From Veleropilina oligotropha (Eukaryota), in NCBI GenBank assembly GCA_048128005.1, contig JBEUKZ010000054.1:1178001-1242000 (forward strand): 64,000 nucleotides of DNA, written 5' to 3'. Position 1 is the stretch's first letter. Each line of letters opens with the position of its first letter. Positions 12,201-22,605 of the stretch are shown piece by piece. A model generated the notes under the pieces. That model saw only the letters and a program-made list of their open reading frames with translations. It was not told where the DNA came from and did not search any database. The translations under genes and the position numbers were made by a program.

Positions 12201-12578
12201 ATCCTTCAGAAAAGAGCTATTCGAATTGCTACCTGCTCAAAATATCTAGACCACACTAGCACCTTATTCAGAATGATTAACCAGCTAAAAATAATTGACA
12301 TTCATAAATTACAGATATGCATTTTCATGCATAAATTTTATTATAATGCATTACCCAATACATTTATCAATTATTTTCAATCAAATTGTCAAATATATGA
12401 CCACGATACAAGAAGAAAGAATAATTATCATATTGTTAGACATCGCACTAATGTTAGGCGTTTTTCTATCAAATGTCAGGGTCCCATTACTTGGAATAAT
12501 CTTGACAACGACATGAAAAAAATTAAATCTCTTTATCTCTTCAAAAGCAAATTAAAAAATAGCCTTCTGAATAACTAG
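9288..12578 (+). CDS. LINE ORF2: N-terminal PHD finger + APE endonuclease + reverse transcriptase
   Basis: Uninterrupted 1096 aa. PHD C4HC3 (CRTC...CDVC..WTHLNC...WYCPSC); APE motifs NCRSL, SETWL, YRPP, GDFN, IDNI, SDH; RT motifs YRPIS, QFGFR, DLSKAFD, GVPQGSILGP, FADD. Confidence 0.97.
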   Translation: MSYTSHICRTCCKNVRRTQKAICCDVCNMWTHLNCTLLSVNDYLRLDNVTDLWYCPSCTTDIFPFSELGEEEFLLNLDLNLPDQINIESLAKLCFNPFDFNHKKHLLNNDDLDPDTQFYNSLKITKCKYLVEDQFKSIARTHADKSFSILHHNCRSLKANYDNITQYISSLDFNFSVIAFSETWLTSNDLESGLYDYKNYQSVFKSRTQSKGGAVGLYINNLFNLKIRDDLSFFNEDIYESVFVEIINDTSKNIIIGVIYRPPDHDIDQFQTNLDVIMDIITKENKLCYIAGDFNINLLNYDQHEKTATFVNKMMSHSMIPTTNQPTRITESSATLIDNIFTNTTAYDQTAGILYCDASDHLLIFLITDFLTSSASKEKPMFYRRDMNDGNTKMFIEELKCVDWKDTLSLTDADESYNIFIETYTHLYNKCIPIIKIKSKPKKNTNKPWLTPALITSCKRKNKLYRDYLKKKSCAANDKYKRYKNKLSHLLRLSEKAYFARRLEESKYDLKMTWSIIKKAINKKNKENLPSEFISNNNKINDPNEVADKFNDFFVNVGPNLAKNICNINISPKSFLNGNNPSSLFFSPINEQEIINIVSGFKGGKSAGFDDVSPTIVKQSIEPIIIPLTHILNTSLITGKVPDKLKIAKVIPIYKSNDPSSFTNYRPISVLPCFSKILEKLVYNRLLNFLKKNNIIYDRQFGFREKHSTYMALLELTDQISQAIDKNEFTVGIFIDLSKAFDTINHKILIDKLSHYGIRGLPLQWFESYLQLRLQFVQVENCKSPLKGITCGVPQGSILGPLLFIIYINDLANTSKIMQFILFADDTNIFITHKNFESLIELVNAELEYVSSWFKANKLSLNINKTNFIIFNNKNKYVPRNTIIKIDGVSLNQVVFTKFLGVVIDENLGWQQHIKLISNKIAKNIGVLCKLRKCLPSHILPTLYCSLILPYLQYCNIVWGSTYPSRLTHLCILQKRAIRIATCSKYLDHTSTLFRMINQLKIIDIHKLQICIFMHKFYYNALPNTFINYFQSNCQIYDHDTRRKNNYHIVRHRTNVRRFSIKCQGPITWNNLDNDMKKIKSLYLFKSKLKNSLLNN

Positions 12579-13957
12579 GATCAAACTTATAACAATTAAA
12601 TTCATATTCCTGAGCGTTAGCCTCCCTTTCCCCCAGTTCACTCTCGGTAACACTACTGTATGTTACGAAGCAACCATTCCATTATGTTACACAAAATTTA
12701 CCATAATCATTCAATATTGTTAATCACAACTAATATACCCCTTTTTAACATTTTAATTCAATAACTGCAGCACCTACAATATAACCATTTATCTGGAGTC
12801 TGTGTCTTATAAGCTCGGAAGAGTTTCCAACAGGTCTCCAGCCTCAACACCTCTCAAAATTCTCATTAGTCACACAGTCTTTTAGCATAATTAATTGTAT
12901 CTAACATGACTTTTTGTATATTGTATCTAATGTTGTTGTGGAAATAAATTTGATTTGATTTGATTTGATGTTAGCTAAATATTAAAGTTGAACGAGCAAC
13001 ATAAACAAATATATCACCGTGCAAAGCACGGGTTATAACGCTAGTGTTGATGAATGGAAAGATTGCTGCATTTGCTGCACCGATATGATGCATTGATTGT
13101 GGTTGTGTGTAAACCGCTTAAATTATCGGAAAAATACAATAAAGTAGTTGTAACTGTCTTATTTTAGATTTTAAGACTATCAAATGGGCGTGTAAGAAAG
13201 CAACATAGTGATAATATTGTCTTTGGAACATGATATAAAGCAATATCATACATTCCGACTTGGAAGTCATTGTTTAAAAAAATGGTTTCTGCCAAATCAC
13301 ATTGAACGAATCGGTCCTCTGACTGGTAGGAATCAAGGTTCTTTCTGAGTCAAAAAGAACCGTGATTCCGATCAGTGGTTTTTATTTGCAATGCACTGGT
13401 TAAATTTAAAGCCGCCAGTAATGTTAGCACTGGTGTTCATATATTCGTTGCAGGGTCTTGTTTTCTCCCCCGCACACAATAATCCTTCTGAAAACCGTCG
13501 TGGTTATTCGCGTCCTGTCTTGTGCATGGGTCATTAAATGTAGTTCCTTGTTGTACACCACGTCTAGCAAGAGTTCTACTGGTGTACTAAAAACATTTTA
13601 AAAGTCACTGACGCGGTAACTACATGATAATAACGCGTAGATAATATCATACGGGTTCTAGCATCAGGTGTCTTTATAATGCTGATGTAGTTAGATCGTG
13701 CGATTCAAATCTTATCTTATTCACAAGGGTTGTTTTCTGCATCCGTGAACGTCAAACGGCCTCCTTTTCATTGACGACGTAGATTCTTCATGCCCGAGCG
13801 CATACGGACATGTATTAATACGCGGAGTATTCCAATGCATTTGACCATTACTGTTCTACTTTCTGTATGCGCACAGTCTAATTTATAGTATTGTACTAGA
13901 ATTGCGAACAACCACTAATAAAGAACATTCTGGGTGAATGTACCAATTAATTTACAG

Positions 13958-14030
13958 TCATGTCCGTATTAACACGGGAGGAAGCTGGTCGTCCGGGGAA
14001 ACCCGCTCTCTCCGACCAGTTACGGACAAC
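13958..14030 (-). mobile_element. SINE fragment (same family as 24630, 25681 and 55530)
   Basis: Shares CATGTCCGT..., GGGAGGAA.C.GG..GGGGAAACC and CCAGTTACGGACAAC with the other copies. Confidence 0.6.
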
Positions 14031-14179
14031 AATATATCATGTCAATAATATTAAAAAAGAAAACCGTGCTAGAGTCTACCATTTTTCTTTCAATTTCGTA
14101 TAATTTCTGTGACAATTTGTGGAAAATACACCTATAAATATAAAATATACGTTCAAGACCATATTCACAAAATAAATTG

Positions 14180-15490
14180 TATATGTGTTAATATGTGTAC
14201 AGTATTAATAAACGATATGTTAATATGTGTATTAACAAACGATATGTTAATATGTGTATTAACAAACGATATGTTAATATGTGTATTAACAAACGATATG
14301 TTAATATGTGTATTAACAAACGATATGTTAATATGTGTATTAACAGACGATATGTTAATATGTGTATTAACAGACGATATGTTAATATGTGTATTAACAG
14401 ACGATATGTTATGTTAATATGTGTATCAACAAACGATATGTTAATATGTGTATTAACAAACGGTATGTTAATATGTGTATTAACAAACGATATGTTATTA
14501 TGTGTATTAGCAAACGGTATGTTAATATGTGTATTAACAAACGATATGTTAATATGTGTATTAACAAACGGTATGTTAATATGTGTATTAACAAACGATA
14601 TGTTAATATGTGTATTAACAGACGATATGTTAATATGTGTATTAACAAACGATATGTTAATATGTGTATTAACAGACGATATGTTAATATGTGTATTAAC
14701 AAACGATATGTTAATATGTGTATTAACAAACGATATGTTAATATGTGTATTAACAGACGATATGTTAATATGTGTATTAACAGACGATATGTTAATATGT
14801 GTATTAACAAACGATATGTTAATATGTGTATTAACAAACGGTATGTTAATATGTGTATTAACAGACGATATGTTAATATGTGTATTAACAAACGATATGT
14901 TAATATGTGTATTAACAAACGATATGTTAATATGTGTATTAACAGACGATATGTTAATATGTGTATTAACAAACGATATGTTAATATGTGTATTAACAGA
15001 CGATATGTTAATATGTGTATTAATACACGATATGTTAATATGTGTATTAACAAACGATATGTTATTATGTGTATTAACAGACGATATGTTAATATGTGTA
15101 TTAACAAACGATATGTTAATATGTGTATTAACAAACGATATGTAAATATGTGTATTAATAAACGATATGTTAATATGTGTATTAACAGACGATATGTTAA
15201 TATGTGTATTAACAAAGTGAAACGATATGCTAATATGTGTATTAACAAACGATATGTTAATATGTGTATTAACAGACGATATGTTAATATGTGTATTAAC
15301 AGACGATATGTTAATATGTGTATTAACAAACTATATGTGTATTAACAAACGATATGTTAATATGTGTATTAACAAACGATATGTTAATATGTGTATTAAC
15401 AAACGATATGTTAATATGTGTATTAACAAACGATATGTTAATATGTGTATTAACAAACGATATGTTAATATGTGTATTAACAAACGATAT
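14180..15490. repeat. 27-bp minisatellite (ATGTGTATTAACAAACGATATGTTAAT), about 48 copies
   Basis: Directly visible tandem array; it produces the spurious MCINKRYVN and LICVLTNDM ORFs. Confidence 0.98.
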
Positions 15491-15499
15491 GATTGTTAG

Positions 15500-15701
15500 C
15501 CGCTGCATTTCAAAATCAGGTCGGATGGACAAGGAACAATGCGGATGTCGGCGCAGGCGAAGAAATGCTCTTGATGAAGACTCTCAACGTGTTGCGCTGA
15601 AAGAGAAGAGAAAAACACTTAGCAAATCAATAAGGAAAAAAATGTATGACCTTTCCATCGCCCAACATGCATGTGAGTCGGTGTGCACGCAGGTCAATGG
15701 T
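15500..15701 (+). other. candidate isolated coding exon of an unknown host gene
   Basis: Acceptor TTGTTAG| at 15499 and strong donor |GTAAGT at 15702, enclosing the open frame RCISKSGRMDKEQCGCRRRRRNALDEDSQRVALKEKRK...ACESVCTQVNG. Confidence 0.3.
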
Positions 15702-15708
15702 GTAAGTG

Positions 15709-15900
15709 CCCAGATAGCACAACGCCGTCGGCCCGACGTCGGCTATGAGCGACAAATAGCCGACGTCGGGCCGCCGGTGGCTATTATGTAATCGGCTTGC
15801 TGATGGCTATGAGCTGCATATGTAACTGTCGGGCCGCCGACGGCCCGCTGGCGGCAAGAGAGGGAAACGTGATCGGCCGCTGTCGGGCCACCAGCGGTTT
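15709..15900 (+). mobile_element. single terminus of an EnSpm/CMC-like DNA transposon
   Basis: Begins CCCAGATAGCACA, followed by GC-rich subterminal palindromic repeats (GCCGACGTCGG, GTCGGGCC). The other end was not found. Confidence 0.4.
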
Positions 15901-16134
15901 CCTTGTGAAAATTTCGCAATTTTAGAATTTAATTGCGCTGTTGTAAATAAGCATTTAATTTTATTTTTATGGCAACATGTCTATAAACAACGGCTAAAAA
16001 GTAATTTATAATTTATTTTACCAAACCTTGGTTCGATATCATGAGTTCAAGTGCAGGACTTGAGGCAGATGGATAGTGGCAAGAAACAACATTCATACTA
16101 TCTTACGTAAATTAAAAGATTCCGAGCGACGTCG

Positions 16135-16820
16135 CGGTACTATGATACATATACTGTTATTTCCAGCGTACCATCGCATCATCGCATATGATGGTGGATG
16201 GCCATGGTGCGATGCGATGGAGCAATGGTACGATGATCCGATGCGATGGTACGGTGGTACAATGACGCAATACGATGACGCGATGCGATGACACGATGGA
16301 GCATTGGTACGATGACGCGATGCGATGGTACGATGACGCGATGCGATGACACGATGGAGCAATGGTACGATGACACGATGCGATGGTACGATGGAAAGAT
16401 GGTGCGATGAAACGATGATACGATGGTATGATGATGCGATGCGATGACACGATGTAGCATTGGTACGATGACGTGATGAGATGGTACGATGACGCGATGC
16501 GATGACACGATGGAGCAATGGTACGATGACGCGATGCGATGGTACAATGGAGAATGGTACGATGACGCGATGAGATGGTACGATGACGCGATGCGATGAC
16601 ACGATGGAGCAATGGTACGATGACGCTATGCGATGGTACGATGACGCGATGCGATGGTACGATCGAGCAATGGTACGATGACGCGATGAGATGGTACGAT
16701 GACGCGATGCGATGACACGATGGAGCAATGGTACGATGACGCGATGCGATGGTACGATCGAGCAATGGTAAGATGACGCGATGAGATGGTACGATGACGC
16801 GATGCGATGACACGATGGAG
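16135..16820. repeat. compound CGATG-based minisatellite (GGTACGATGACGCGATGCGAT variants)
   Basis: Directly visible; it produces the HRIASSY ORFs. Confidence 0.95.
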
Positions 16821-17830
16821 AACACGATTTAAGAACATCAAAGACATTGCCCCAAAGTAACATTAATATTATCCATCTTAAGCTACTAAACGTTTTTGTT
16901 TTATTTCACTAACTTGTTCACTGCTATCTGAATAACGAGATTGATTATTTAAATAAATACCGGTAATAGTGTTTGTCATTATGTTTATTTTGTTACAATA
17001 CTCTGATTTGTACAATCGTGCTATATTAATTTTATTGAAAAATCTTCATCGCCTATATCACAAATGTGACACCATTCGGCAAGTGTCTTTTTCTATGCAT
17101 TCAGCTTCTTCTGTTAATGAATAAGGTCACGTCAATCATTTCCAATGTCTTGGCCGACATTCAGATCACAATGGATGTTCATTTGGTACATTATTATCGT
17201 GCAAGAACGTGTGTATGCAAATTTGAATGTTATTTGATGAAATGAACAAATAATGTCAGGCATTTAAAATTGATCACTCGGATTCTATATATATTACCTG
17301 ACCTTAATTATGATCGTCCTGCTTGAGTACATAGGCCTACAAATGTAGACCAATCGATGTGCAAAGGAAGATCTAGAAAATTGTATGCATACATTCACCT
17401 GATTATATTGTTGTTACCTCTGGTGAATATATTAATTTATTGATAATTGAATTCAATCCCATTTTGCTGATTCTACTTTTTGTTTCTGAAATTTTCAATG
17501 AAACATGACTTATTGCCACTACTTTTATTTGTACTATTTACGTATTCATGCATATGTGTTTATTACACAAACGCAATTTTTTTCTGCACTCAATGTAACA
17601 ACAAACAGGTACGATTGTTTTAAAATAACCAGTAGACATCCTATCATATTAAACGGTATACTTTTTGACAATGGATAATGATTTGTGCGCATATCGGATG
17701 TCGATTGGTTTATTCTACGGTATAACTGGAGGTCGAGTATGTAAAAAGGTTTTGTGTCGTTACATTATTAACATGCGTTGTTTGCGCAATTAAAATTGTT
17801 ATAAATATGCGCACTCATTACATTAATCAC

Positions 17831-19523
17831 TGGGGTAATATCATATCGGTATAGTCGCGGGGTAATATCATATCGGTATAGTCGCGGGGTAATATCATAT
17901 CGGTATAGTCGCGGGGTAATATCATATCGGTATAGTCGCGAGGTAATATCATATCGGTATAGTCGCTGGGTAATATTATATCGGTATAGTCGCGGGGTAA
18001 TATTATATCGGTATAGTCGCGGGGTAATATTATATCGGTATAGTCACGGGGTAATATGATATCGGTATAGTCGCGGGGTAATATGATATCGGTATAGTCA
18101 CAGGGTAATATCATATCGGTATAGTCGCGGGGTAATATTATATCGGTATGGTCGCGGGGTAATATTATATCGGTATAGTCGCAGGGTAATATCATATCGG
18201 TATAGTCGCGGGGTAATATTATATCGGTATAGTCGCGGGGTAATATTATATCGGTATAGTCGCGGGGTAATATTATATCGGTATAGTCGCGGGGTAATAT
18301 TATATCGGTATAGTCGCGGGGTAATATTATATCGGTATAGTCGCGGGGTAATATTATATCGGTATAGTCGCGGGGTAATATTATATCGGTATAGTCGCGG
18401 GGTAATATTATATCAGTATAGTCGCGGGGTAATATTATATTGGTATAGTCGCGGGGTAATATCATATCGGTATAGTCGCGGGGTAATAATATATCGGTAT
18501 AGTCGCGGGGTAATATTATATCGGTATAGTCGCGGGGTAATATTATATCGGTATAGTCGCGGGGTAATATTATATCAGTATAGTCGCGGGGTAATATTAT
18601 ATCAGTATAGTCGCGGGGTAATATGATATCGGTATAGTCGCGGGGTAATATTATATCGGTATAGTCGCGGGGTAATATTATATCGGTATAGTCGCGGGGT
18701 AATATCATATCGGTATAGTCGCGGGGTAATATTATATCGGTATAGTCACGGGGTAATATTATATCGGTATAGTCGCGGTGTAATATTATATCGGTATAGT
18801 CGCGGGGTAATATTTTATCGGTATAGTCGCGGGGTAATATTTTATCGGTATAGTCGCGGGGTAATATTATATCGGTATAGTCGCGGGGTATAGTCGCGGG
18901 GTAATATTATATCGGTATAGTCGCAGGGTAATATCATATCGGTATAGTCGCGGGGTAATATTATATCGGTATAGTCGCGGGGTAATATTTTATCGGTATA
19001 GTCGCGGGGTAATATTATATCGGTATAGTCGCGGGGTAATATTATATCGGTATAGTCGCGGGGTAATATCATATCGGTATAGTCGCGGGGTAATATTATA
19101 TCGGTATAGTCGCGGGGTAATATTATATCGGTATAGTCGTGGGGTAATATCATGTCGGTATAGTCGCGGGGTAATATCATATCGGTATAGTCGCGGGGTA
19201 ATATTATATCGGTATAGTCGCGGGGTAATATCATATCGGTATAGTCGTGGGTAATATTATATCGGTATAGTCGCGGGGTAATATCATATCGGTATAGTCG
19301 CGGGGTAATATTATATCAGTATAGTCGCGGGGTAATATCATATCAGTATAGTCGCGGGGTAATATTATATCGGTATAGTCGTGGCGTAATATCATATCGG
19401 TATAGTCGCGGGGTAATATTATATCGGCATAATCGCGGGGTAATATTATATCGGTATAGTCACGGGGTAATATCATATCGGTATAGTCACGGGGTAATAT
19501 TATATCGGTATAGTCGCGGGGTA
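17831..19523. repeat. 27-bp minisatellite (CGGTATAGTCGCGGGGTAATATTATAT), about 62 copies
   Basis: Directly visible tandem array. Confidence 0.98.
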
Positions 19524-19807
19524 AAAATGTTCCAGTTAACCTGTTTTGAAGCACGTATCTTCTACGATGGCCTTTAATTATCAATAAACATTTGTCTAGA
19601 CATTCCTGACTCGCCTCTACTGGGGGATAATTTATTTTACAAATTCGAAATTCAAACCATCCTCCATGATTTGTTGTAAGTTGGATTTCTACGGTGATGA
19701 GTTGCCTCCTTCTGTAGGTTTTAACAATGTTCCCCGTGGCATATATCCCGCCAAGGTCAAGGATCGCCACAAATACCACATCGACCATCGTTGATGTACC
19801 ACTGATT
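19524..19807 (-). pseudogene. AA15-type lytic polysaccharide monooxygenase (chitin-binding type-4 / LPMO_10-like) exon, pseudogenised
   Basis: After the acceptor AG (19809-19808) it reads NQWYINDGRCGICGDP*, then shifts frame into GGIYATGNIVKTY...ITVEIQLTTNHGGWFEFRIC...ASQECLD. These match the AA15 motifs QW..NGG.CG.CGDP and LT.NH.G.FEF..C. Confidence 0.8.
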
Positions 19808-19815
19808 CTATACTA

Positions 19816-19964
19816 ATAGGTTACATGGTTTGTTAGTGACCTAATATGGATATTTATTGGGTGAGTGGAATTTCATATTGGACGAGGCGGAGCCGAGTCC
19901 AATATGAAATTCCACTCACCCAATAAATATCCATATTAGGTCACTAACAAACCATGTAACCTAT
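19816..19964. mobile_element. perfect 68-bp-arm palindrome with GAGGCGGAGCCGA loop (hairpin-type non-autonomous element, possibly Crypton-associated)
   Basis: 19816-19883 is the exact reverse complement of 19897-19964, around a 13-nt loop. The family assignment is tentative. Confidence 0.75.
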
Positions 19965-20831
19965 ATATCATGGCAACGACCTAATGGTTTAATTATATTT
20001 TACATGAGCCAGCAACTTCATGGTCAATCGGAAACACGTCAATGCCATCAATCGACGAACACATGTCTGGACTCGATGTTGACCAACTCTACGATGGCTT
20101 ACCAGCACAACAAGTTAATCAAATAAAACAGAACAAAATACTTTTTCTAACTAATTATAAAAATCAGTGTTATATTTAAATAAATGACATTATTGTAATA
20201 AAAGGTAAAATACGACAACCGGTCGGCAGGTTGCATTTCGCAAGGGAGATAATTTAAGCATAATGCAATATTTTAAGCATAACGCAATATTCAACAGGAA
20301 TAATTATTATAGTATAAACTATTAATTAAGAAATAAATTATGGATATTTTAAATCCATTAATCTGTTAATGTCTGGTTTATGACTTACATCAAATGACAG
20401 CGCACTTGATCATGTTAAGCTGCAGCTAGGTTCGTATCAATTATTATTATTGCAAATGCCGTTTCGCATTTCCCGCATGAACGTATAGCCTAAACCAGCA
20501 ATTTAACATCATAATTTAATTTAAGTCTCACCTCCACAGTCACTAATTTCATGCGCTCCTCCCACCGTCGATCACATACCAGAATAGAAGTGGCCTTTCG
20601 ACGTAATTTAAATAAACAGATACAGACAGACCCCGCGGCTGATGTTGTATTTGCGCAAGGGAAGCAACTCTCGCATCGACGTAGTATAAAAGTCTACTGA
20701 CAGTATATGAAAATATATTACGTCGGCACGTGACGCGATGCAGCCAATGAATGGGTTGCGTGGCTGTCGGAGTCATGATATTGCAATATATTTGCCATAT
20801 ATTAATGTAATAGTCACTGACATATATGTAT

Positions 20832-20888
20832 GCGCGTATGCCCCTTGTAAGGGTTTGGGCGCGTATGCCCCTTGTAAGGGTTTGCGCG
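20832..20888. repeat. short tandem duplication (27-bp unit, 2 copies)
   Basis: GCGCGTATGCCCCTTGTAAGGGTTTG occurs twice. Confidence 0.85.
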
Positions 20889-21073
20889 CGCATGAAAGCA
20901 TATATGTGCGTAATTGTATTGTTAGGTCGTCTGCTATTTCATAATTGTATATTTGTATCGTCTGGTTATGACATACTTGTATGGTTGTATCGTATTTCAT
21001 TTCATTCGTGTATGGTTGTGTTATCTGTGTAGACCATCATTGTTTAATTTGTTCTCGTTGTATAGCTGCATCG

Positions 21074-22150
21074 TCTGGTTGTGTCATCTGCTTATGTCGT
21101 CCTTTGTGGTTGTATCGCACTTACTTGGTTGTGTCGTCGGCTTATGTCGTCCTTTGTTGTTGTGTCGTCTGCTTATGTCGTCCTTTGTGGTTGTATCGCA
21201 CTTAATTGGTTGTGTCGTCGGCTTATGTCGTCCTTTGTGGTTGTATCGCACTTGCCTGGTTGTGTCGTCTGCTTATGTAGTCCTTTGTGGTTGTATCGCA
21301 CTTGCCTGGTTGTGTCGTCTGCTTATGTACGTCATATTTTGTGGTTGTGTCGCACTTGCCTGGTTGTGTCGTCTGCTTATGTCGTCCTTTGTGGTTGTGT
21401 CGCCCATGTCTGGTTGTGTCGTCTGCTTATGTCGTCCTTTGTGGTTGTGTCGCCCATGTCTAGTTGTGTCGTCTGCTTATGTCGTCCTTCATGGTTGTAT
21501 CGCACTTGCCTGGTTGTGTCGTCTGCTAATGTCGTCCTTTGTGGTTGTGTCACCCATGTCTGGTTGTGTCGTCTGCTTATATCGTCCTTTGTGGTTGTAT
21601 CGCACTTGCTTGGTTTTGTCGTCTGCTTATTTCGTCCTTCGTGGTTGTATCGCACTTGCCTGGTTGTGTCGTCTGCTTATGTCGTCCTTTGTGGTTGTAT
21701 CGCACTTGCCTGGTTGTGTCGTCTGCTTATGTCGTCCTTTGTGGTTGTGTCTCCCATGTCTGGCTGTGTCGTCTGCTTATGTCGTCCTTTGTGGTTGTGT
21801 CGCCGATGTCTGGTTGTGTCGTCTGCTTATGTCGTCCTTTGTTGTTGTATCGCACTTGCTTGGTTGTGTCGTCTCCTTATGTCGTCCTTCGTGATTGTAT
21901 CGCACTTGCCTGGTTGTGTCGTCTGGTTATGTCGTCCTTTGTGTGATTGTGTCGCACTTGCCTGGTTGTGTCGTCTGCTTATGTCGTTCTTTGTTGTTGT
22001 GTCGCCCTTGCCTGGTCGTGTCGTCTGTTTATCTCGTCCATTGTGGTAGTGTCGTCCGCATAGCTCGTTCTTGTACAGTTTTGTCGCCTGATTAGTTCGT
22101 CCGTGCATATAGTGTTTGGGTCGGCTGCTTATGTCGTCCTTTGTGGCTGG
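21074..22150. repeat. 50-bp minisatellite, array 1
   Basis: Unit TGGTTGTGTCGTCTGCTTATGTCGTCCTTTGTGGTTGTATCGCACTTGCC. Confidence 0.95.
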
Positions 22151-22605
22151 GTCGTCTGCTTTGCTCGTCCTTGTATGGCTGTGTCGCCTGATTGGTTCGT
22201 TCTTGTATATGATGGTCGTGTCGTCTGCTTATGTCTTCCTTGCCTGTTAATATGTCATTTGTTTGCTTAGGTCGTCCGTGTATGTTTGTCTTTTAGTTAA
22301 GCTGACATTCCATATATGTGGAAAATGCCCTGCGGCAATCCGTAAAAAATCGTAATGATCATTTAATGAAAGAGGGATTCCATATAGGCGCCAACAGCAT
22401 CAGGCAACGGCATCCGGCAAAAAAAATCGCTCCATGTAGCGATTGATGCCGTTGCCGGAGGGTTACCACACGAGGAATTCCACAAAATGACGAATTGCAT
22501 GTATTTGGAAGTTGATATTTTGTTATTTTTATATGTTAACGCTATCTAATATTCAAATAAACACTTTCTGAAAACTTGGTCATCGAAAAAAAATGTTTAG
22601 ATATT

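Larger units (their letters stand above)
8774..12969 (+). mobile_element. 5'-truncated CR1/L2-group LINE
   Basis: ORF1 C-terminal remnant, intact ORF2, 3' UTR, and AATAAA followed by a (TTTGA)n tail at about 12944-12969. Candidate TSD GTTAGTTAA (8765-8773) / GTTAGCTAA (12970-12978). Confidence 0.9.
2624..13044 (+). mobile_element. non-autonomous Helitron-like element hosting nested Gypsy and LINE insertions
   Basis: Starts A|TCTTATAACG at 2624. Ends with hairpin CCGTGC-AAA-GCACGG (13017-13031), 9 nt, then CTAG|T (13041-13044). The flanks give an A/T target with no TSD. Sequence rejoined across the Gypsy (ACCGAG|TTGATGTCAAATTGACGAGTGTG) resembles the ACCGGATGGTCACGAATTGACCACTGCG motif of the upstream units. 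Confidence 0.6.

Noticed and set aside
15709..16931. Complete EnSpm element closing at TGCTATCTGA (about 16922)
   Set aside because: Only a 9-bp match, without the terminal GGG or subterminal repeats.
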